From Fistulifera solaris (Eukaryota): a stretch of DNA of 64,000 nt. The notes beneath the pieces are model-generated. The model saw only the letters and a program-made list of their open reading frames with translations, did not search any database and was not told where the DNA came from. The stretch is from assembly GCA_030295235.1 (NCBI GenBank), contig AP026172.1:186001-250000 (forward strand). Reading direction: 5' to 3'. The position numbers were made by a program, and so were the translations under genes. Below, piece after piece: positions 11,782 to 23,055 of the stretch (its first letter is position 1; the number at the start of each line of letters is the position of its first letter).

Positions 11782-12859
11782 GGCTTCCTCCATTTCTTCG
11801 TCGCTAAATTCAAATAGGCTATCAAGAGCAACATTGAAACTTAAGAATCCGTCAATATCAAGCTTGTCATCCGCGCCAAGACTTTTCTTTGTCTTCCCCC
11901 AAAGTTCGTCAAATTCGTCAGCACCTAAAAGTCCGTCTCGAAGAAGCTTCTCAATTTCGTCCCAGTTCACTAAGGCCTGTTTCGATATAAGTCCGTCGTC
12001 ATCCGCAATCGAGTTGAAGACGGATTCTAGCTCATCTTCCATGTTCTTATCCACGTAATCGGTTTGGTCCTCAGTGGCAGGATTTTCCTTCGTCTCCGTT
12101 GGTTCGCGGACAGCAGATGCAGGTTGCTCTTGTTTGCTTACTACGCCGTCGTCTTCAAACAAATCATCGATATCACGATACACTTGTACGAAAGAATCGA
12201 CGTCTATTCTAGCAGCTGAGGTTGTGACGTCTGGAAACTTAGGCGCTTTCTCCCAAATATCATCGAGTTCTTCTGCTAAAAGGTCTCCATCCGCCTGTAA
12301 AGAGAACATGGTGAATCAGTGAGAGTAGGGTGTGTGCATCCATCTAGCACAAAAGCACGTTTGCATCTCAGGAATCGATCGTAAGTCCAGCATGATATCG
12401 CGGAGTAATTGAATTGCATAATTTTTCATCAAAGACATTGGTATTCTGTAAAAGATCGTCGACAAACCTTGCGGTACGACTCACCAATAGTTGTAAAATA
12501 AAAGGTATTCTCTGAATAGAACTTTTGCTCATGAGACCTTCATCGTCGCAGTATTCAGAAAAAAGCTTTTGTAAACCCTCCAGATCACTTGCTGCAACAA
12601 ATTCCTCGTCGGACGATGAAGAAAACAACAAAAGGTTCGGCATTGTGATTGACCCTATCCGAGTTGTAGAAAGAGGCACAACAGCATCTTCAGATAAAGA
12701 AAATCTACTTTGTCTTGTACATGGGGAACGGTGTATCGAAAATGATAATGCCGATAAAGAAAGTTGTTGTGCTAGGAAAAAGACTGGGACAGCGTGCCGA
12801 AATACGGCGAACACCCGACACGTTCTTTGCTGCTTTCCGAACGCAATGTTTGTCATCAT
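10775..12859 (-). CDS. PAP/fibrillin-domain protein with three acidic EF-hand-like repeats, plastid-targeted
   Basis: C-terminal fibrillin motifs GNWELLYSS and YLDKDLRIMRG. Three repeats end in [IL]D[DS]LFE. Intron 12295-12484. Apparent indel ~11420. Confidence 0.8.
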
Positions 12860-13231
12860 GGTTGCTTTAAGACAATGAAGGAGCTTGTTTGATATGACAA
12901 AGTTTCCTCAACAACTTGCTGAAGTTGCAGAGAAGACACGGGGAACTTTGAAAACGAATGCCGATAAACGTCTGTACTGGTACGTGGCACTTCGCGATTT
13001 CGTCCGCCGTTATTATATTATAAAGGTCTAGCTCTAGCTCGGTGCTAGCTGGATTCTATGGCGTGAAACTAAAAAGGACAGAATATTTTATTCAACCAAC
13101 ATTTGGCGGGAAGGGTAACTTAGTTATTTGTAGCGTTCTTCGGAAATTCATTTTATAAATGATCGCGCTACAATTTGTTAAGTGAAGATTTTGCTGTCTG
13201 CCCTCGTAGACAGACATCGGTTGGTCCACTA

Positions 13232-14096
13232 TTATGAAATTCGTTGCCGTTTGTTGCCGGGTGCTTGCAAATCAGGCGTAACAGACCGAATAGTTCGCTT
13301 GTGTTCCGTCACTGGAAGCAATCGCCCATTTCCATACACTTTCCACGCCTCGTGACTACTGGCAGAAGTTGCCCCTAAAAGAAAGAGACGTCGCTCCAAT
13401 TCCGTCAGCCCTTTGGTGTATTCAGTTACATCGTCACCGACACTCGAAAGTGCCCAGTTGAGAGTTTGTGACAAGCGTTGCCCCGTATATGCCTATTAGA
13501 GTTTCAGAGGAGGAAAGGTCAGTCAAATTGTCCATGCGAACTAGCATAGCTCTTCAGCGTGCAGTGTACACTCACAGATAATAAAGTCCTTCGAAGTTGG
13601 GCGGATTCTCTTTTGATTAGTTCTAATAATCGCTGGTCACTGTCTCCAGATCGTCGCCATGCTTTCTCGACGTGGGCCGTATAATTGTCGAGTAGGTCTC
13701 CTAGTCTTTTTCCTGCAATAAAGAATCGTTCGTTGCGTTTTCTAGAAATGAAACAGGGTGTTAGCCTACGGTTTGTTCCCCTCGGGCGAAACACGATGCC
13801 ATGAGCGCTTTCTCGACTTCTTACCGGATGTCAGCCTCTCCCGCTTCAATTCTCTCTCGCGCTTTGCGTCCGAAATGCCGCGGTAAGGACAGCTTTACAA
13901 ATCCCAGCGTAGCCCATTTTTCCACTGCCCAAACAGGCACTTTGAATTTGGTGCCTTCTGGTAGATAGTGTCGTTTTCCCGGTCGTTCGTCAGGATCGAG
14001 ATGTGACAAGTATGAAAAGTCGAAGTTGCTTTGACAAGGAACGAGCTCTTCTTCCGCCAGAATCGCGTCGACGTCGAAATAGTTTTTCGTTTGCAT
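13232..14096 (-). CDS. GINS3: GINS complex subunit 3 (Psf3)
   Basis: YFDVDAILAEEELVPC, GTKFKVPVW and LTELERRLF motifs. Introns 13742-13824 and 13493-13575 join three ORF pieces in frame. Confidence 0.85.
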
Positions 14097-15105
14097 TTTT
14101 CAAGTCGCTGAAAGATATGTATTGCTGCTATTGCTGGTTTCCAGGTGCTTTTCGACCTTCGTTGGCAATGGAATGAAACATGTCCATGGTGCTAACCACC
14201 CAAACGAGGGGCATACTTCGCGATTTGAATGTCGCGTCGGCCGATCCGTACCTCCATCGTACAATTCTACGTGAAGAGTGACGCGCCCGGCGCGTGAATT
14301 TCCTGGCCCGAAAAAATGGGTCCTGCCTCCTGCCTCATGACTGAAATCCAGTCGTGGGTGTCATGAACAAAGACTTTAGCCTAGAGAGTAAACAATGAAG
14401 GCATCTACGGGGAGCCTTATTGACGCAGTGAATTGAAAAGCTCCGTAGAAATGATATCATTGATTACAAGAACTTTTTGCGGACAGAGCGGCTAAACGAA
14501 TAAAAATGTGGTTTGTCCTCATAGTCCAGCGCCTACATGTATTATGGATTTATATTAGGCTTCCTATCATCGTGGTATGCTAATATTCAGTCACAAGAAC
14601 CCTTAGATGACTCAAAGACCTCAAAGAGCATTCTTGTTGACTTTCTTATTTTCGCGTGATTTGAGATCCTTATTTTTACTCCCTACTTTATAATTAATTC
14701 GATATATCCGGGTTTCATCGAAAACTAGGAGGCCTGGTCCCAAACTATCTTCACAAATGTGACATGTGACTCTTGCACTTTACACTCTATGGTGAAATCC
14801 TTGAGCGTTATTACGTAAGTACCGCTTGCTACCACTTGCCTACACTTTATTGAGTAGTTAGGATTTTCGGAAGCAGGGATACAACAACTGCAGTACGGTG
14901 TGCAGGCACGAAGACGGACGAGGATGGGAGGATTTGGAATGAACGATGACAGGAAAAGCTCCCAGAAGACCGCGGATGATACGGGGGTAAAGGTGAAGTC
15001 ACGGCCTTTCAACAAATTGATCCAACATTCTTCCTTTCTCTACTACGGCTTTTTCTTTCACAGCCTTTTAATCGTCGTTAGTTATTCAAGGTTGCAATAC
15101 AGGGA

Positions 15106-18100
15106 ATGGAGGAAGCACAAGCTTTAGCTTTGGCCGAGGCCGCGTTGTTCGCAGAAGCCGAACGCGATCGCCGCCAATATGAAGGCATACCTTTTGATGC
15201 AATGGAGGCCTCGATGATGACAGATAGTGAAAGCCAGTTAAGCATGGATCACCATAATCAATTAGGCGGGTTTGGTATGCAAGAAGCGGAATTATTAGAG
15301 AATTTAATGAATCTACCGGATGACGAATCGAGGCATCAATTGCTGCAGCTACTTCAGCAACAAGAACAGCAACAACTAATGAAGGAACCGCTTCGGATGA
15401 GATCGGAAAGGCACTATCTTACAATATCTAAAGAAGGTAAGCTATTTGTGGGGCACGTTTTGGAGTTGGTGACGTAACACGTAAAGAGTCATTATGACGA
15501 TTCACAGGAATCTAACTTGCGGGACGCTTTGTGATTCACTTTTAGGAACTGGTACGATACTGGAAGCCACGGAAACGGTCACTGGTTTTCAGCCTCAGGA
15601 GCTTCTTATGAATAGTTCGTACGATCTGATCTGTGATGATGATTTGCCCGGTTTTTTATGCATTAAAACACATTTCTGGGACGAAGGTATTTTAGATGTT
15701 GAGGTAATGATTCGGCGGAGAACAGTGGATGGTGACTGGCTGTGGCTGGCGTCCAAGGCTGTGGATTTTAATGAGCAACCGGTTCCGAACATTACTCTTG
15801 AAGAGACTTTGGTACATGATGAAGAAACAGCAAAAAGGCTCAATCGGATCATTAGAATAACAGCAGTCTTAGTGCAAGCGGTTGAAGCGGCATGGCTGAC
15901 GGAGGTGCAAGCTGGAGAGGCAACAAAAGATAACACAGCATCGCATAAGCATGCGCTAGTACCTCCGCCGAGTTCACTAGTGACGGAAGATGTACAAGCG
16001 TATCAAGAATGGATTCAGCGTATAACGGCTTCCGGCGAACATGTTGTTGATGATACGTTGCAGCGACTTTTACAACTAGCAGCTACTCCTAATCCGCACC
16101 AATCCAAGCCATCCGAAATTGAACAAGAAATCATTGAAAGATTTGTGACTGCGCATAGAAAGAAAACATTTGATCCTTTCTCCATGATCGAATCGGTGCG
16201 AAAAGGTGTTCGATTGGATTTGGGTCTCACACAGCTGTATCCTGAAGAAGTAAAACTTATCACTGCTGTACTGATAGGTATGGTGCCCGTCATAGAAGCA
16301 GTACCCGCAGTATTGTCAGTGCTTCACCAAGAGGGTGGTCTTAGAGCTCTAGCGATGCAACTAGACTCATCACTTCCCGCACCACAGCTCTCGCAATCAC
16401 CAGAAAGTCCCAGCAGAATGCGACAATCAATACCTCTTTCTCTAGCTGCCCCTGTGCCCCCAATATCCGTTGTGAACTTCTCTTATACCTACATTGGCAA
16501 TGCGGGAATGGAGATGCTCAGTGAATTTTTACATAGAGGCACAACAACACTGAAATCGCTCGATGTGAGTTTTTGTGGTTTAGAAGAAAAGGGACTCATG
16601 GCGCTCGCACGGGGTTTTACCAAAAGAAAACGAAATGGTTTGCCTTACCTTCGAGGCGTCATTATATCGGGAAACCAGATTACACCAAAAGCAGCAATAG
16701 AGATCGGTACGGCTCTGTCGCCACTTGAAGTTGGTCCAAAAAGCGGAAGCCTCGCCTATCAGTGTCGAAAAGCAGGACAGGATACGATACAGATACCGAT
16801 GATGATGAATTCGATGACGACGACGATTCAGATGCACCGAGGGAGGTGAAGCGAAAGTGTTGTGTAGAGAATGAGGGGCTTCAGGTCTTGCACGTAGCGA
16901 GCGCCTCTTTAACTCCAGCTGCCCTTAGTCGGCTTTTGGAAGGACTCGGAATGCACTGCCCTGTAAAAGAACTAAATCTTGCGTCCAACAACTTTGGTCC
17001 GAAGGGAGCAAATGCTTTGGTGTCTTTTCTTGAAACAACACGAAAATCCGTCATGCACAAAGCACTGCCATTCTTAGACCGATTAGATGTTTCAAACAAC
17101 AACCTTGGCGACGACGGCGTGGCTCAGCTAACAAGAGCGATAGCTTCAAAGAAAACGCAAGTTCAGATCGTTGATCTCAAGTTGTCATCCAACGCCATCG
17201 GACCAGGAGGGATAGAAACTATCATGAACAAGCTGCTATCGAAGCACGAACTGCAAAGCCTTTCTCTCGATAAAAACTGTATCGGGGATCAGGGTTGCCA
17301 GCTAGTTGCGGCTTCGTTACAAAGTCTTCGTGCTCTGTCAAGGTTGAACCTTAGCTTCAACCAGATCGGGAGCAGAGGGATCAATAGCCTTATGCGAAGT
17401 CTTATCTCTTGTGACTCTATAACCTACCTCGGCCTTTCTGGAAATATTCTCCGAATAACTGGTGCTATTGCTCTCGCCTTTTGTCTTGCTCAGCATCCTC
17501 GTCTCGAAGAGCTTGACCTTGATAACTGCTGCCTTGGTCAAGCAGCACAATGCCACATTGCTGCCGGAATTATTTCGAATCGATGGGTTCCCATGAAGAG
17601 ACTAAATGGTTTTTCCGTGGGTCCTCCCATGGTGGCTATTGGAGCGTTAAAACCATACGCTGCGCAGCTACCTAATGAGGATTGTTTTCGAATCCGTAAA
17701 GATGAGCAAATGAAGACCATATTGCAATGGACCGAAGAAAATAGGAATGCCAAGAGGGGGAGGCAAAAGTATTGATCCAGCAATTTTAGCTGCTGCTGGA
17801 CTTACCGCGGAAACAGACTATCAGCAGTCGCGATTCCTGACGCCAGATTTTGTTGCAAGCATCAATGATGTACATGGCACCCCGTCACAAAATGCTTACT
17901 TTCGTTTACTTGGATGGCTAGGACAAATTCCATTTGATGAGGATGAGTTAACCGCCTTGCAAAAGTATTTCTTCGACTCCGATGGCGGAGAGGGAGACAG
18001 GAACAGTGATGGATATATTAATTTGAAGCTCAGAGGAGATCTTCTTGCCGCCTTGGATAGTGAAGTGGCGGATGAATTCAGGATAGAGTTACCTAGTTTG

Positions 18101-19045
18101 GCATCCGCAGTAAAAGGATCGATTGGCGTTGATCTTGACAAGGTTGATGATATAGACTGGAGTGCATGGAAGGCTTTTGTGGGTCATATTGCTGAAGCTC
18201 CGCCCAAGGATACGCTTGACTACGATGAGCAAAAATCGCCCAGTATTTATAACGAGAGCACCGCCGAGGGCAATGAAGACGAGGAAAGCGATGTTGGTAG
18301 TTATCGGGCGGATTCATCGATGAAACACGTTGATTCTTCGTCGTCTATGAGCGGACGAGGCAAAATCAAACCTAGAATGACAATGTTTCCACAGTTTGAG
18401 CACCAGTTGGAAGAACTGAAAGAAGCTGCCACAGAAATGATTGAACAGGAAGACGATCCTATGCAGCATGATATCATTCTGACGCAGTACGCTGAGGCTT
18501 CGTTGATGATTCTACGTCAACTTAGGTACCATTGCATGAATAATGGAATAGATGGCTGGCGAAAGGGTGGACTCAAACGAAAAGTTTTGATTATTGATGA
18601 CAGTAATGTTACGAGAAGGATGGTTTCCCGTGCATTCGAGAAAGCTGATTTTATCGTTGATACAGCATCAAATGGAGCTGAGGGCGTCGAAAAGCTAAAG
18701 GCATCTATATACGACATTGCATTCATGGACATTGACATGCCGGTCATGGATGGTTTTGAGGCCACAAAGAAGCTTCGAGAGTGGGAAGACTCGATGCGTC
18801 CAGGTGCTAGACAGCCAATTTGTGCTTTAACCGCAACTTATGTTGATGACTTCGAGCGAAGCGAACTCATGAAGTTCAAAGAAGCCGGCCTTGATGTGAT
18901 GGAAAGCAAGCCTTGTAACATACCACGGCTTTTCAAAGTGGTCGACGACGTATCTCCCATGTTCAGCGATTTAAGCATATCAATTCGACGCGATAGATCA
19001 GACTCGAGACTCTCCGACTCTCAGTATTCGGACAAATCTCTGTAA
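15106..19045 (+). CDS. PAS domain + leucine-rich repeat (RNI-like) + C-terminal response-regulator receiver protein
   Basis: The PAS-like segment spans intron 15437-15545 (GFQPQELL..SYDLI..DDL..RRRTVDGDWLW). LxxLxLxxNxI repeats run ~16470-17560. The receiver (KVLIIDD...FMDIDMPVMDG...ALTA...KP) lies at ~18580-18950. Apparent indels ~16750 and ~17760. Confidence 0.82.
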
Positions 19046-19565
19046 AGTAAAAGAGTTAACATAGAAAATGCTAGTTGGCACACTTAATTCTATAAACACT
19101 TAACCACTAATCACTAATCACCGACTCTTCAAAATAGTGGGGCGTACTAAGCGTGGCGCTTGTGAGGCGAAAATGGTTTTCATTTTTCCGGATAAAGCAT
19201 TCAAAGAGAAAAGGTCGTAAGCGCGGGTTGTGATCCAATCTCAGAGCTACATCGAAAACAGCAACTGCAACTGTGAAATCATCACAGGTGCTAGGTAACT
19301 TGTCAAGAAGGCTCGACAATCGAAGCGTGTTGCTTTATACTAGGAGTATTATCAATTTAAACGTGACAAAAGTCATGGTCTCTGCTCGTGCCTGAATATC
19401 AGCAAATTTTCCGCTCGAAAAGACGTTGGCAGCTTTAACATTGCACGCATCTCGTAGGTTAACTATGGAGGGCGTAGTCAATTCTACGACTAATATCAGA
19501 CAATAATTTGGACAGTTCAAATTTAAGTCTGTTCAATTGTTTGGACTATATACTACAGTGTTTCC

Positions 19566-21663
19566 TTAGTCGATCTCTTCAATAGTAGGTCCACTGGCCG
19601 GGTCAGCACCAGGAGGTGCGCCACCCATGTCCGGCATAGGACCACCAGGCATGCCTCCGGGCATACCGCCGGCACCTCCAGCCATCTTCTGAAGAATGGG
19701 CATGGCGATACCTTCCAGAGACTTCTGCTTCTCTTCGTACTCTTCCTTTTCAGCAGAGGGGTTCGACTCGAGCCATTTGATGGTATCTTCAATAGCCGAC
19801 TCCAAAGCAGCCTTGTCATCCGACGGAATCTTGTCCTTGACTTCGTCGCCCGAAATGGAGCTCTTCAAGCTGTAGCAATAATTCTCCAAGCCATTCTTGG
19901 CCTCGATACGGTTCTTGTTGGCATCGTCTTCAGCCTTGTACTTCTCGGCTTCGGAAACCATGCGCTCAATCTCCTCCTGAGAAAGCCGACCCTTGTCGTT
20001 GGTGATGGTAATCTTGTTTTCCTTTCCAGTGGACTTCTCAATTGCAGAGACGTTCAAAATACCGTTGGCATCAATGTCAAAGGTCACATCAATCTGGGGC
20101 TGTCCACGAGGCATGGGAGGGATTCCATCAAGGTTGAACTTTCCGAGCAAGTTATTATCCTTGGTCATGGAACGTTCTCCTTCGAAGACTTGGATCAACA
20201 CACCGGGCTGGTTATCCGCGTAAGTGGAGAAAGTTTGCGACTTTTTAGCAGGTACGGTAGTGTTTCTTTTGATCAGCGTCGTCATGACACCTCCAGCAGT
20301 CTCCAATCCGAGCGAGAGTGGAGTGACATCGAGCAACAAGAGCTCGGAGAGCTTCTCACTCTTATCCGCGCCGGACAAAATGGCGGCCTGCACCGTGGCA
20401 CCGAACGCCACGGCCTCGTCGGGATTGATGGTCTTGCAGAGATCCTTTCCATTGAAGAACTCAGAAAGCATCGATTGAACCTTGGGAATACGAGTGGAAC
20501 CACCGACCAAGACGATTTCGTGAACTTGATTCTTGGCAATCTTCGAGTCGCGCAAGACCTTCTCGCAGGGCTCAATGCACTTCTTGAAGTAGTCCATGCA
20601 GAGATCCTCGAAACGAGCACGAGTGATAGTCGAGTTAAAATCAATACCATCGAAAAGAGAGTCGATTTCGATGTGCGCCTGCGTCGACGACGAAAGAGTG
20701 CGCTTGGCGCGCTCGCAGGCTGTGCGCAAACGGCGGAGGGAGCGCTGGTTCTGCGACATGTCCTTGCGGTGACGTTTCTTGAACTCCTGGAGGAAATAGT
20801 CGACCATGCGGTTATCAAAGTCCTCACCGCCCAAATGGGTATCACCCGCCGTCGCCTTGACTTCGAAGATACCTTCCTCAATGGTGAGCAAGGAAACATC
20901 GAAGGTACCTCCACCCAAATCGAAGATAAGGACGTTCTTCTCATCACCCTTCTGGTCAAGACCGTAGGCAATAGCAGCGGCAGTAGGCTCGTTGATAATA
21001 CGAAGGACGTTCAAGCCGGCAATCGAACCAGCATCCTTGGTAGCTTGACGCTGCGAGTCGTTGAAGTAAGCCGGGACGGTAATGACAGCGTTCTTGACTT
21101 CCTTTCCGAGGTAGGCTTCAGCGATTTCCTTCATCTTGGTCAAAACCATGGAAGAAATTTCCTCAGCCTTGAACTGTTTCTTCTCTCCCTTGTATTCGAC
21201 TTCAATGATGGGGGTACCACCGGGTCCGGAGACGACAGAGAAAGGCCAGTGCTTCATGTCGGATTGAACACCAGGATCGGTGAACTTACGTCCGATAAGA
21301 CGCTTGGCATCGAAGATGGTGTTGTGGGCGTTCATAGCAGCCTGGGACTTGGCGGCATCTCCGATAAGACGTTCGGTTTCGGTGAACGCCACATACGAAG
21401 GGGTAGTACGATTACCTTGGTCGTTGGCAATGATCTCGACACGATCGTTCTGCCAGACACCAACACAACTGTAAGTTGTTCCAAGATCGATACCTACGGA
21501 TTCTCCAGTGACAGCTGAAAGTGAAAGAAAACAAAGTAGTGAGCAATCGTGTCGTCAAAACGATAAATGCATCACAACGCTTATAGAACCTCCTGAGGGC
21601 CGCACGTGCAGCCAACTTCACACGCAATACAGCAGACTCGATTTTCAATTACTTACTGGCCAT
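19566..21663 (-). CDS. HSP70: Cytosolic heat shock protein 70
   Basis: 7-nt first exon (ATGGCCA), intron 21515-21656, then GIDLGTT. Other motifs: [26 protein letters not shown] repeats and C-terminal GPTIEEID. Confidence 0.98.
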
Positions 21664-22119
21664 GGTTTCTCTTTTTTGTTTCTTTTTTGAATTGATTTGC
21701 GATAAGTTTGTTTACGTTCACTCAAATGTGAAAATTATGACGCTCCTTCGTATGGTGGGGCACAAAGCGACTTGTTGGCCTCGCTCCTTCTTTTCTTGTG
21801 TCGTGGTTCTCACGAACGAAATGGAAATCCAAGGAACTCTGGATCAATGTATGCTAAATAGTTCGATGAAATTGTCGCGTTGTTTTCCCGCGCGTCTGAC
21901 CTCAGCACGAACAAATGTACGTCAGACCTTCGTGGGTGCCAAATGAATGGTGTTGAGAGGTTGAGAGTGTGGCGGGAGTTTAATCGTGTTTGCGTCTTCC
22001 ACGCGTCGCTTTTTCTGACAAAGATCTCGTTGCGATCGATGGACAGACGGGAATAGTAAACCTAAACTCTAAAACGTTAATCGATGCAAAGAAATCGATA
22101 GCCCTTCAAAAATGCGATT

Positions 22120-22862
22120 ATGTCAAACGAAAATGGCGGCGCCGCTAAAATAACAGAATCTGAAATTTTGCTTGAATTTCTCAAAGCACATCATGGATGG
22201 CAAAAGAGTGATGCGATAGCGAGTACTCCAACGACGGTCGGCAACAAAAGCATCTACGAATTCCTTCTGGAAAATCACCCCCTCAGTTCCTTGCGTTACT
22301 CGCATCGCGATGCCCTGCATCCGCCTGTACCCGCAAGAGATGATTCTCCTTACAGTATTGATAGTATTACTCGCAAATCACTTCCTTACCCATTGCCCTG
22401 GAAACCGGTGGCTTCCCCTACGGAACCTCCTCCCGATTTCAGTTGGTTGACGGGCTCTTGCGCGGGGAAAGTGGCTATTGGTGTCATCGGTGGTGCGGGC
22501 ATGGGGGCTCTCATGGGTCTATTCCTCGGAGCATTATCAGATACTACACCCCCGTACAAGTCATTGGCGGCCGCGATGTGCCCCAGGCTCCTTTGCGCGA
22601 GCAAATGAGGGTCGTCATGCGAGCGACGGCGGAAAAATCGAGATACTGGGCGGGGAATTTTGCGTTCATCACGGGAGTCTTTGCTGGTTCCGAGTGTTTG
22701 GTCGAAAAATACAGAGGAAAGAACGATTTATGGAATTCGGTAGCCAGCGGATGCATTACTGGAGCTGCCATGCAGGCCAAGGCGGGGCCGCAGTCGGCAG
22801 CCTTGGGTTGTGGGGGATTTGCGGCATTTTCCTTGGTGATTGACAGTTTTATGCATCATTAA
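22120..22862 (+). CDS. TIM22: Mitochondrial inner-membrane translocase Tim22 (Tim17/22/23 family)
   Basis: SC..K...GxxxG helix, NFAFITGVFAGSECLVEKYRGKND..N...SGCITG and GCGGFAAFS. One apparent indel in a C-run ~22550. Confidence 0.88.
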
Positions 22863-23055
22863 CAAGTATCATTGTAACAAAAATAAAAGGTTGTTTTGAA
22901 GCAAAGCTGCTAAATCGTGGAATCGAAGCAGCCTTTCGCCGGTTTCTAAGTCGCGTTAAAGTACCCTACAAATTTTGTAATCATGATTATAAGAATTAGA
23001 TAAATGTTTGTGACCCACGCCTTTTGCATCAATCAATTTTAACAGCTTAACGAGC

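Noticed and set aside
20190..21518. 442-aa antisense ORF (and a 229-aa alternative-frame ORF) over HSP70
   Set aside because: Long antisense ORFs opposite HSP70/dnaK are a known by-product of codon bias. There is no independent evidence for a gene.
21780..21845. Heat-shock elements upstream of HSP70
   Set aside because: Only degenerate GAA/TTC units are present (GGAAATCCAAGGAACTCT). There is no canonical nGAAnnTTCnnGAAn to support a call.
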